A stretch of DNA of 56,344 nucleotides from a virus (taxonomy: Duplodnaviria; Caudoviricetes). The position numbers and the translations under genes are program-made. The notes under the pieces are model-generated. The model worked only from the letters and a program-made list of their open reading frames with translations. It ran no database searches and was not told the DNA's origin. The stretch lies in the IMG/VR virus record IMGVR_UViG_3300036790_000300, positions 1 to 56,344 of that record; one strand, 5' to 3'. This document shows, one piece after another, positions 27,846 through 34,793 of the stretch (the first letter of the stretch is position 1; every line of letters starts with the position of its first letter).

Positions 27846-27894
27846 TGGTTGCGGGGGTAGGATTTGAACCTACGACCTTTGGGTTATGAGCCCA
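27846..27894 (-). other. attP core: 3' half of initiator tRNA-Met(CAT)
   Basis: Minus strand TGGGCTCATAACCCAAAGGTCGTAGGTTCAAATCCTACCCCCGCAACCA: anticodon arm with three G-C pairs, T arm and CCA. The 5' half of the tRNA is absent; integrase is nearby. Confidence 0.85.
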
Positions 27895-27998
27895 TAGATT
27901 TTGACGATTTAAAATGCTATCTCGTTGACTCTATTGCACATGGCTCATAATTCATCGGTATTTATTTGTGCCCTTATTGGACCCTAGGAGGAATCATT

Positions 27999-28199
27999 AT
28001 GAGCATCATCAAAAGAAACGGTAGAGTCGTGGTGAGGACAGGTCGTGACGCGCTTAGTTTTGGTCGAGCATATGAGCGCGAGCGTGAAGACGCGCCAAAG
28101 CTATGCAGGTTGTGCGACCAGCCGATGAAGCCGAAGGGCGTCAAGAAGCTACCTAACGAGTACGACCACGCCCTTGGATGCCCGTACGGCAAGCGGTGA
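27999..28199 (+). CDS. Hypothetical protein
   Basis: AGGAGG RBS; CRLC...HALGC. Confidence 0.5.
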   Translation: MSIIKRNGRVVVRTGRDALSFGRAYEREREDAPKLCRLCDQPMKPKGVKKLPNEYDHALGCPYGKR

Positions 28200-28240
28200 G
28201 TTCTGGACCCCGTTCTGTGCCCGACTGATAGACTGCCGCA

Positions 28241-28420
28241 ATGCTGCATAGAAGGCATCTCCTCCGGCGAAGGCACCGCAAGTACGTATGGCTGGCGTTC
28301 GGACTCGCCTGCCTCTTTGTCGTCTACTTCATGATGCTGACGAACATCAACGACGACAACAAGGCTCACCCTTTCCAAGAGCGCGCGCACGATGCCAACG
28401 GCGTGCCGATCGGGCCTTAA
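28241..28420 (+). CDS. Small single-TM protein
   Basis: Basic N-terminus followed by YVWLAFGLACLFVVYFMML. Confidence 0.35.
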   Translation: MLHRRHLLRRRHRKYVWLAFGLACLFVVYFMMLTNINDDNKAHPFQERAHDANGVPIGP

Positions 28421-28503
28421 GGCGCGAGGTAGCTCGCCAGAAACAGCCACACGGCCCCCAGCAGAAGCAGGGCCACCAGGATCCATCTCCAGTCCCACTT
28501 CAT
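28417..28503 (-). CDS. 28-aa hydrophobic membrane peptide
   Basis: MKWDWRWILVALLLLGAVWLFLASYLAP*; AAGGA RBS; directly follows the 28506 gene. Confidence 0.4.
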   Translation of the reverse strand: MKWDWRWILVALLLLGAVWLFLASYLAP

Positions 28504-28505
28504 GG

Positions 28506-29261
28506 CTATTCCTTGATCTTGCGGGGCCGGCCGCGGCGGATCAGCACTCCATCAGGGATAGGCACGCGGGTGACGTGGATGGTGCCTCCTACGGCCTGCG
28601 CCTCCATCGTCCAGCCTGCGACCCTGTTGAGGAAGTGGCGCCGCTCTGCGCTGGTTGTGAGGCCACAGCCGCGCATGTAGTTGATCAGGGCGTTCGTAGC
28701 CATCTTCGATGCATCGTCTACGTCCCGGTGCCGGGTGATGCCTTTGTGCTTGCGCTGGCGCTGCTCGAAGATCTTCGCGTCCAGAGTCTCGAGGTATTTC
28801 TCGGCGTCTTTCTCTGTCGCTGCTGGCAAGGCGGGCAACTCTCTCACGGCGTTGCGGATGTCTCCCAGGGCTGCATGGGCGATGCGGTCGAAGCGGCTCA
28901 TGACTTCGTGGCCGAGGGACGTCAGACGTTTCAGCACTGAGTACGGAATATTCGCGACAATCTGCCCAAAGGCTTCCTGTTTGCGCTCAACAGTGCGCTG
29001 GTGCTTGTCCGGGTAAAGACGGCGAAGGTAGTCACCCATCTTCATCTCTTCGCCTTCCAACAACTGCGAAACCTGGTAGAGCTCCATCAACTCGCCAAAC
29101 TCGCCCAGCATCTGAAGCTGCCGGTTCTGCTGTATATGCGAGGTGTGCTCAAGCAGGGCATCCTGCTTCTTCCGGCTGAGTACGATCCAGCCAGGAGTGT
29201 CCTGCAGCCCCTCGACAAAGAGAGCTATGACGCCCTGCTCGGGGGTCTTGTCGTTCTTCAT
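28506..29261 (-). CDS. Hypothetical protein with C-terminal AT-hook (candidate regulator)
   Basis: 251 aa, GGAGG RBS, ends RRGRPRKIKE; has its own promoter. Confidence 0.6.
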   Translation of the reverse strand: MKNDKTPEQGVIALFVEGLQDTPGWIVLSRKKQDALLEHTSHIQQNRQLQMLGEFGELMELYQVSQLLEGEEMKMGDYLRRLYPDKHQRTVERKQEAFGQIVANIPYSVLKRLTSLGHEVMSRFDRIAHAALGDIRNAVRELPALPAATEKDAEKYLETLDAKIFEQRQRKHKGITRHRDVDDASKMATNALINYMRGCGLTTSAERRHFLNRVAGWTMEAQAVGGTIHVTRVPIPDGVLIRRGRPRKIKE

Positions 29262-29279
29262 GTCTTCCTCCAAGGAATA

Positions 29280-29316
29280 ATTGTAACAATTGTCTCAGAT
29301 GTAACACCCGTGTCAA
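29280..29316 (-). promoter_or_regulatory. Sigma70-type promoter region with TGTAACA repeats
   Basis: TTGACA at 29316-29311, TGnGACAAT and TGnTACAAT -10 candidates; two copies of TGTAACA. Confidence 0.45.
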
Positions 29317-29448
29317 GTGGTATATTTCCCTCTTTGGTACGGTTACCATAATGAAATCGTTCTGTTACTTTAGATCGTTTTATCAATTCTAGTTAAATCC
29401 AAACAATAAGCGCATAATTTACAAAGGTTCGCAGCCTTTGGAGGGCCG

Positions 29449-29670
29449 ATGAAGACTGAAGTGGTGAGGATTAAGACGGGGCAAATGGAGAAGCTACGGA
29501 TGCTGTCCGATCTGACCGGACATACCGTCAAATGGATGGTGGAGCAATCAATCGATTTGTTCCTTATGCAGGAGGCTCCTGTCCACGAGGCAGCCTACAG
29601 GGCAGCGCAGAAGAAACTGAAAAGGTTGGTCCCAAAACGACATCCTGTCAAAGTGGGATTGGCGTCGTAG
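29449..29670 (+). CDS. Ribbon-helix-helix DNA-binding protein
   Basis: MKTEVVRIKTGQMEKLRMLSDLTGHTVKWMVEQSIDLFL; GGAGG RBS; contains copy 6 of the 13-bp motif at 29638-29650. Confidence 0.65.
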   Translation: MKTEVVRIKTGQMEKLRMLSDLTGHTVKWMVEQSIDLFLMQEAPVHEAAYRAAQKKLKRLVPKRHPVKVGLAS

Positions 29671-29700
29671 CCGGGGAAGCCCGCGAGGCCGAGGCGCGGG

Positions 29701-31356
29701 CTATTCGTTTGTCTGGATTGGTGAAGACGCGCGCAAGGTAGTTCCATCCCACATGAAGTTCTGCACGCTGCACAACCCCGCCCCGGTGCCTATCGTGCCT
29801 CCACCGGTCGAGTTGCTGGGCCACGCTAAGGTGAACGGTCCGCCAGTGGCAGGCTGACAGACCATGAAGGTGAAGTTGCTGAAGGCGGCATTGCTACCTG
29901 GGGTAGAAATGGTGAACGTGGACGTAGCGTTTGCGGACAGCGTGGCTTTCTGCCAATTGCTCCCAGAACTGAAGGCGCACGCGCTCGTGCAGGAGTAGGT
30001 GGCTGAATTTCCGGTATACATGCCACCGTTCTTCAGCCAAGTCGATCCGAAGTTGATCTGGCTGGCAGTGGTCGAACTTCCGGTAAATCCGAATATGCAG
30101 GTGCCGGTGCCGTTTTGCTTGGTCACAACATTCGATTCATCGAAAATATTGCACCACGTTGTCTTGGTCGCATTGAATCCTAGATTAGTGTCCGCGGCCC
30201 ATCGGTTGGACGTGGAGCCATAGATGCGGATGCCGTTCACCATGGCCTGAGGCTCTGTTGATTGATCGAACTGGATGGCCGTAGCCACATCGTCTGGACC
30301 GCTCGTGCCCATGTATGCCGTACCGCCCAGAATGCGCGTCAGCAATCCGCGAATATGAAAGCCGTAGGTGGTCGGGGAATCGCAGTACTCCTCGGCCAGC
30401 GTTCCACCGCCGGCATACTCGTCGAAGCAGGCCGTCATTACGGTGTCCCATGCATGGTTGAAGCTGAAGTAATTGTTCCCGCCCACGTGGTCCTGCCAGC
30501 CAATCGAGCAATTATGCAGGACGTTATATGACACGTTGTCATCGGTGAAACTTCCCTGCGTACCATTCCCGCCTGAGATGTAAACGCATGTGCTTCCTGC
30601 GGGACCAGGTGTCAGTCCCAGACTCAGGCCAAATCCAACATGGGAGACGAATCCCTCATTTCCGCCCGCACCAACACCGGCATCATCTCCCCAGTAAACG
30701 CCTTTGCCGTTCACCGCTAGATTAATGATGTTGGACACGGCGATGTTCACATGGTGGCCCTGCATCACCCAGACGAGAACGGGGGAGAGGCTGTTCCCGT
30801 TTATCGTTCCCGGGCCATAAATACCAACGTGATTCGGTGTCTGCGATGTGCCGGTGCTTACAAGCGCCGTGCTTGCAGCCGTGCCGCCAGAGAGCGTCAT
30901 AGGCCCATCTCCATCGACAATCCAGTTGCCCAGAAATGGCACCGTGCAACTCGTTCCGAAGTAGGCTGTCGACGGAGGAAAGTAGAGCACGGCTCCAACA
31001 CTCAAAGCATACGTGGCCGCGTTCGTGAGCGCCGTGCAGTTGTCCGTCGCCCCATCCCCAACGGCGCCGAACCAGCGAACGTCGGTGCGCGGCAGTTTCA
31101 GGACCGCATCTGGGGCGCTTATCGGAACGGCGAATGCCGGTCCGCCGGTGGTGCCTATTGATCCCCAGGTGCCGTTCTGGCAGGTGTAAAGACCTCCATT
31201 GGGGGTCTGGAGTCTGATCGGAAGGACTGTCGTGCATGCACCGGTAGGAGCGCTGGAGACAGGCAGGATTTGCGGGTTGGTGACCTGGGCATACGCTGCA
31301 AGAGGTGTGAATAGCGCCGCTAGGAGCCCAAGTCTGAGCCATGCAAGTTTTGGCAT
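29701..31356 (-). CDS. Tailspike-like beta-helix protein (pectate-lyase-3-like) with N-terminal signal peptide
   Basis: Signal peptide ending AYA|Q; DVRWFGAVGDGATD beta-helix cap; C-terminal tail-fibre-like domain (QPATGGPFTLAWPSN). Confidence 0.7.
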   Translation of the reverse strand: MPKLAWLRLGLLAALFTPLAAYAQVTNPQILPVSSAPTGACTTVLPIRLQTPNGGLYTCQNGTWGSIGTTGGPAFAVPISAPDAVLKLPRTDVRWFGAVGDGATDNCTALTNAATYALSVGAVLYFPPSTAYFGTSCTVPFLGNWIVDGDGPMTLSGGTAASTALVSTGTSQTPNHVGIYGPGTINGNSLSPVLVWVMQGHHVNIAVSNIINLAVNGKGVYWGDDAGVGAGGNEGFVSHVGFGLSLGLTPGPAGSTCVYISGGNGTQGSFTDDNVSYNVLHNCSIGWQDHVGGNNYFSFNHAWDTVMTACFDEYAGGGTLAEEYCDSPTTYGFHIRGLLTRILGGTAYMGTSGPDDVATAIQFDQSTEPQAMVNGIRIYGSTSNRWAADTNLGFNATKTTWCNIFDESNVVTKQNGTGTCIFGFTGSSTTASQINFGSTWLKNGGMYTGNSATYSCTSACAFSSGSNWQKATLSANATSTFTISTPGSNAAFSNFTFMVCQPATGGPFTLAWPSNSTGGGTIGTGAGLCSVQNFMWDGTTLRASSPIQTNE

Positions 31357-31363
31357 GCTTGGC

Positions 31364-31981
31364 CTAATGTATCCGTGTCACGACGGGCTCGGTTTCCCAG
31401 GTAGGAGTGCCGGTGCCGCTTAAAGCCAGGACCGCGAAAGACAGGGTCGAATTAGCCGCTACAGCAAGCGGTATGCAGGTAGAAAACTGCAGCCCGGTGC
31501 TCGTTAGGTTTGCCGTGGGACCAATCGTGCTGGTCGATCTGCTCGTGCCTCCCGGTGTCGTATAGGTGGCCTGCACGGCTACCGTACCTCCCGATCCCGC
31601 CGTGGCGATAAACACCAATGGGCAGAACTGAAAGGTGGCTCCAGCGGGGGCGCTGGTGGTGTAAAGCGTCTGCACTCCCGTTGTACCCGATGCCCCAAGC
31701 CCGGTGAATGAGCCTTGATAGACAACGCAGGGCGTGGTCACGGTCGTTGCCGCGAGACAGGCTGCCGGCGTTAAGTTTGACGCTGGAGTCAGCACTCCCC
31801 AGGTACCGCTTTGGCAGCTATAGAGAACGCCGGCGGGCGCCAGTAGCTCGAGCGGCAGATTGGCGGTACACGCGCCCGAAGGGGCTGCGGATACCACGAT
31901 GATGCTGGGATTGGTCACTTGCGCCAGCGCTGGGATGGAAGAGAGCAGCAGGGCCAGGATCGCTAAAGCGTATCTCTTCAC
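31364..31981 (-). CDS. Signal-peptide-bearing fibre/adhesin-like protein, N-terminal paralog of 29701..31356
   Basis: MKRYALAILALLLSSIPALA|QVTNP...GACT...LYSCQSGTWG. Confidence 0.6.
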   Translation of the reverse strand: MKRYALAILALLLSSIPALAQVTNPSIIVVSAAPSGACTANLPLELLAPAGVLYSCQSGTWGVLTPASNLTPAACLAATTVTTPCVVYQGSFTGLGASGTTGVQTLYTTSAPAGATFQFCPLVFIATAGSGGTVAVQATYTTPGGTSRSTSTIGPTANLTSTGLQFSTCIPLAVAANSTLSFAVLALSGTGTPTWETEPVVTRIH

Positions 31982-32103
31982 GAGAGAATCCTTTCCAGAA
32001 TCCACATCCCAGCCCACAAAACCATGCTGGAGGCAACGCCGAACACGAGAGACCTGGGGCCTCCCATGCGGTCATCGACCTCCGGCATGTAGAGCATCTT
32101 CAT
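31978..32103 (-). CDS. Small membrane peptide (41 aa)
   Basis: TAATG and GTGA coupled; hydrophobic C-terminal half. Confidence 0.4.
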   Translation of the reverse strand: MKMLYMPEVDDRMGGPRSLVFGVASSMVLWAGMWILERILS

Positions 32104-32579
32104 TATGTGCTCTGGCCGAAGACGATGCCCGTCGGCGTCGCGGTGGGGATTGATGGCGTGATGGTGGCCGTAATCGACGTTGGCGAGGTGGACGGGCTGG
32201 GCGTGATGCCAGACGCCGTGTAGACCACGTTGAACGGATTGGCTGGATCGTCAACGAAGGTCGACGGCAGCGGAATGGTAACGATCAGGCCAGTCGTGTC
32301 AACGGTTGGGGTGACGGTCGGGTCGCTCGACACCACGGCGAAGGTTGTCCCGGCGGGAAAGGCAGATCCGGCGGGGGAGAGTGTTCCGGTATAGACGAGA
32401 GTGTTGCCTGCGACGGGAGGAAGCATTGTTGTCTCCTGAAACGTGATGACGGTTGGGGTTGAAACCTTTGGCTCTTCATCCTTGACGAGCCGGTGTAATA
32501 GGCGATTGTTCTCGCGCAACTCCTTCAGAATCTCGTAAAGCAGGCGATCCGTCGGAAAGAAGTATTTCTTGTCTTCCAC
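32103..32579 (-). CDS. Ig-like, Thr/Pro-rich protein
   Basis: VVSSDPTV Ig-like motif; an alternative internal start with AGGAG RBS (MLPPVAG) is possible. Confidence 0.5.
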   Translation of the reverse strand: MEDKKYFFPTDRLLYEILKELRENNRLLHRLVKDEEPKVSTPTVITFQETTMLPPVAGNTLVYTGTLSPAGSAFPAGTTFAVVSSDPTVTPTVDTTGLIVTIPLPSTFVDDPANPFNVVYTASGITPSPSTSPTSITATITPSIPTATPTGIVFGQST

Positions 32580-32580
32580 C

Positions 32581-32838
32581 TCAAACCTGCGTTTCTACCC
32601 ACGATTTCAGGTCGTCGCAGAACTTGTCGAAGTTCTTCAGGTGCGGTCCATGCAGCACGGTCAGCACGAGAGTTTGCGTGGCCGGGATATAGTCCCACTT
32701 CACGTCCGCGCCAAACTTGGCAGCCCCTCCCTCGTCGCCCACCATTTTGAGACCCTTGGTGCTGACCGTAGTCTCGAGCCGCGCGAAGCGGTCTGGCGCG
32801 TAGTTGGTGATGGTGATGGTCTCGGTGGGGCTGCTCAC
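32581..32838 (-). CDS. Hypothetical protein
   Basis: 85 aa, coupled. Confidence 0.55.
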   Translation of the reverse strand: MSSPTETITITNYAPDRFARLETTVSTKGLKMVGDEGGAAKFGADVKWDYIPATQTLVLTVLHGPHLKNFDKFCDDLKSWVETQV

Positions 32839-33275
32839 GCAGGCACCTTCACCGTGGTCACAGTGCTGGTCCCTGCGGCCGCTGTCGGCGCCGGGAGAGC
32901 GTTGAGCGAATCAACGATGGCCTGCACGTACGCCTCGATCTCCGCCAGGGTCGGAGTGGTTCCATACTCCTTTTGGTAGTAGGCGACAAATATCGGCTCG
33001 AGTCCGTTGACTACCGCCGCCAGCTTCGTGGTTCCTCCGCCCGACGTAGAAGACAGGATGCTCTGGCCCGTCGCTTCCGCTTGCAAGATGGACGACTCGA
33101 CGAGGTTGTAGAGCGGCGCTATTGTTGGAAATGCGGTGTCCACGATTGGTTCCGCAACCTCACCCAGCTCGGCGCCCTCTTTAACCACGTCGTTGACGAT
33201 CGGAGCGGCCTTCTTAAACAGGTCCACGATCTTGGATCCGAAATGCTGCAGCAGTGTAGCGACCGGGTTCGACAT
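32835..33275 (-). CDS. Lysis-region protein, possibly LL-H-holin-like
   Basis: Amphipathic helices; IEAYVQAIV motif; in the lysis cassette. Confidence 0.4.
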   Translation of the reverse strand: MSNPVATLLQHFGSKIVDLFKKAAPIVNDVVKEGAELGEVAEPIVDTAFPTIAPLYNLVESSILQAEATGQSILSSTSGGGTTKLAAVVNGLEPIFVAYYQKEYGTTPTLAEIEAYVQAIVDSLNALPAPTAAAGTSTVTTVKVPA

Positions 33276-33544
33276 CACTTCTCCTTTGGGACGGGCATCG
33301 CTTCGTTGGTTATCTGGGGGACTTTCTGGGCCTGCTTCAGGCCGAACATCGGTACAGCCAGCGAGGGGTACTGGGCTCGAATGCTCAGCGACACCGCGGC
33401 GACCGTGTTCACGATGAAGGTCTCGTAGAACTTCTTGAAGCGGGGATAGTCGTCGTAGGTCGAAGCAGGCGGGAGAATATTCGCCGCCGCCGATGCCCCT
33501 GCCACTACCGCTGTGGCTATATTGAACACGTTTGCCAGCGTCAT
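33275..33544 (-). CDS. Holin candidate
   Basis: 89 aa, two hydrophobic segments, near endolysin. Confidence 0.45.
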   Translation of the reverse strand: MTLANVFNIATAVVAGASAAANILPPASTYDDYPRFKKFYETFIVNTVAAVSLSIRAQYPSLAVPMFGLKQAQKVPQITNEAMPVPKEK

Positions 33545-33708
33545 TGTTTCTTACCGATCCTCTCTTTGGCCGGTTCCGCTTTGGCGAAACATCCGGACCT
33601 TTCCGTCAGAGCCCAGTCAACCTTGTCCCACGGATAGTGATTCCAACCGTCTTCGTAGGGCCAGCACACGATGGACTGGCCGCACCGGCTGCACTCTGCA
33701 ATGTCCAT
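33541..33708 (-). CDS. Hypothetical protein (55 aa)
   Basis: MDIAECSRCGQ...; ATGA-coupled to the next gene. Confidence 0.4.
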   Translation of the reverse strand: MDIAECSRCGQSIVCWPYEDGWNHYPWDKVDWALTERSGCFAKAEPAKERIGKKQ

Positions 33709-33734
33709 ATTCGGCCCCGATAATGATTGACACT

Positions 33735-34121
33735 TTACGCGAAAAAAGTGTGCTTGCCTATGATTGCTTTTACCGGGTGCTGCGAAACATTCTTAACGAT
33801 TGAATTGAAGAACCAGCCGGATGTGGCGGTGGAGAGGTTGGCATAATAGAGCGCCCCGTTCGCGATGTCTTCCACGGGTCCAGCATAGAAGCCGTTCGCG
33901 ATCGCTACCGCTTGCAGATATTGGGGGTCGTTCTGGGCCGGTTGGGGTCCGGCGCCATCCATCGAAGTGAACTGGTTCTTGCCGGTGACCACCTGCTCCA
34001 CGGTCTGGTTCCATGCGTGGTGGCGATTCCAGATGACGCACGCCACGGCCATCATGCCGCAGTAGCCTTCACCGCGGGCTTCGCCCCAGAGACATCGTGC
34101 AAAATCGGTCTGCTCGCTCAT
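33735..34121 (-). CDS. Endolysin, SleB/Hydrolase_2 cell-wall hydrolase
   Basis: WGEARGE...AVACVIWNR...QFT...GALYY...IGKHTFF. Confidence 0.88.
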   Translation of the reverse strand: MSEQTDFARCLWGEARGEGYCGMMAVACVIWNRHHAWNQTVEQVVTGKNQFTSMDGAGPQPAQNDPQYLQAVAIANGFYAGPVEDIANGALYYANLSTATSGWFFNSIVKNVSQHPVKAIIGKHTFFA

Positions 34122-34334
34122 TTAGTGAATGTGGTGCGCGAGGGCGTAAATGGATACGGCTGTTGCCAGCACAGCAACTCCTATGCCGGTGTTCAGCGTG
34201 GCGAGCACGAGTTTTCCTCTCCAGTCGTGATGCCAGGTCGTCTTTGGCTCCTTCGATTGCATGGGAAAGAGTTTCGCTGGCTGACGGTTCTTGAGGGCAT
34301 GGCCCATAATCTCTCCTTCAACCCACTCAGCCAT
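34122..34334 (-). CDS. Small membrane protein
   Basis: C-terminal TM helix; upstream of endolysin. Confidence 0.45.
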   Translation of the reverse strand: MAEWVEGEIMGHALKNRQPAKLFPMQSKEPKTTWHHDWRGKLVLATLNTGIGVAVLATAVSIYALAHHIH

Positions 34335-34734
34335 TAGATTCCTTTCCACGGAAAAATTGCATCCTGAACCCCAATAAATTTATGACGGTCAAAAACCCGC
34401 TGATTACTCCGAACACGTACTTGTACACGTCCAGGGTTTCGTGGTTATCATCGGCGGTTTTTCGTATCTCCTTTATTTGCCCCGCGAGGTCATTGTTGTA
34501 CTTCTCCACCGTCTGATCCGTGGTGTCGATGTGGTGTTCCTGCTCGCGCACCTTCTCGTATATGACCCCGTCATGCTGGGCCCCGATCGGTATCGCAAAT
34601 ATCAGCACAGTGACGCAGACGAAGATAGCGTGGACTATCAGGCCGAGGTGCCGGGTCCACCAACGGTCAATGCCTTCTGGGATGGGGGTTTCTCTGTACA
34701 TTGGCCATTTGTTGTTACCGTGTAGTATAGGCAC
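34327..34734 (-). CDS. Two-TM membrane protein (holin/lysis accessory candidate)
   Basis: TM - coiled coil - TM architecture. Confidence 0.5.
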   Translation of the reverse strand: MPILHGNNKWPMYRETPIPEGIDRWWTRHLGLIVHAIFVCVTVLIFAIPIGAQHDGVIYEKVREQEHHIDTTDQTVEKYNNDLAGQIKEIRKTADDNHETLDVYKYVFGVISGFLTVINLLGFRMQFFRGKESNG

Positions 34735-34793
34735 CCTGCGTGGCCCGCGCTATGGAATAGCGTCCTATCTTCCCATCCTGAAACTAACTCCTC

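Noticed and set aside
27846-27894. Functional tRNA-Met gene
   Set aside because: Only the anticodon arm to CCA is present; the D arm and 5' acceptor strand are missing, so it is treated as the attP core
29701-31981. Diversity-generating retroelement or invertible tail-fibre cassette
   Set aside because: No reverse transcriptase or invertase seen; the paralogous segments are diverged and co-oriented, not a TR/VR pair or inverted repeats
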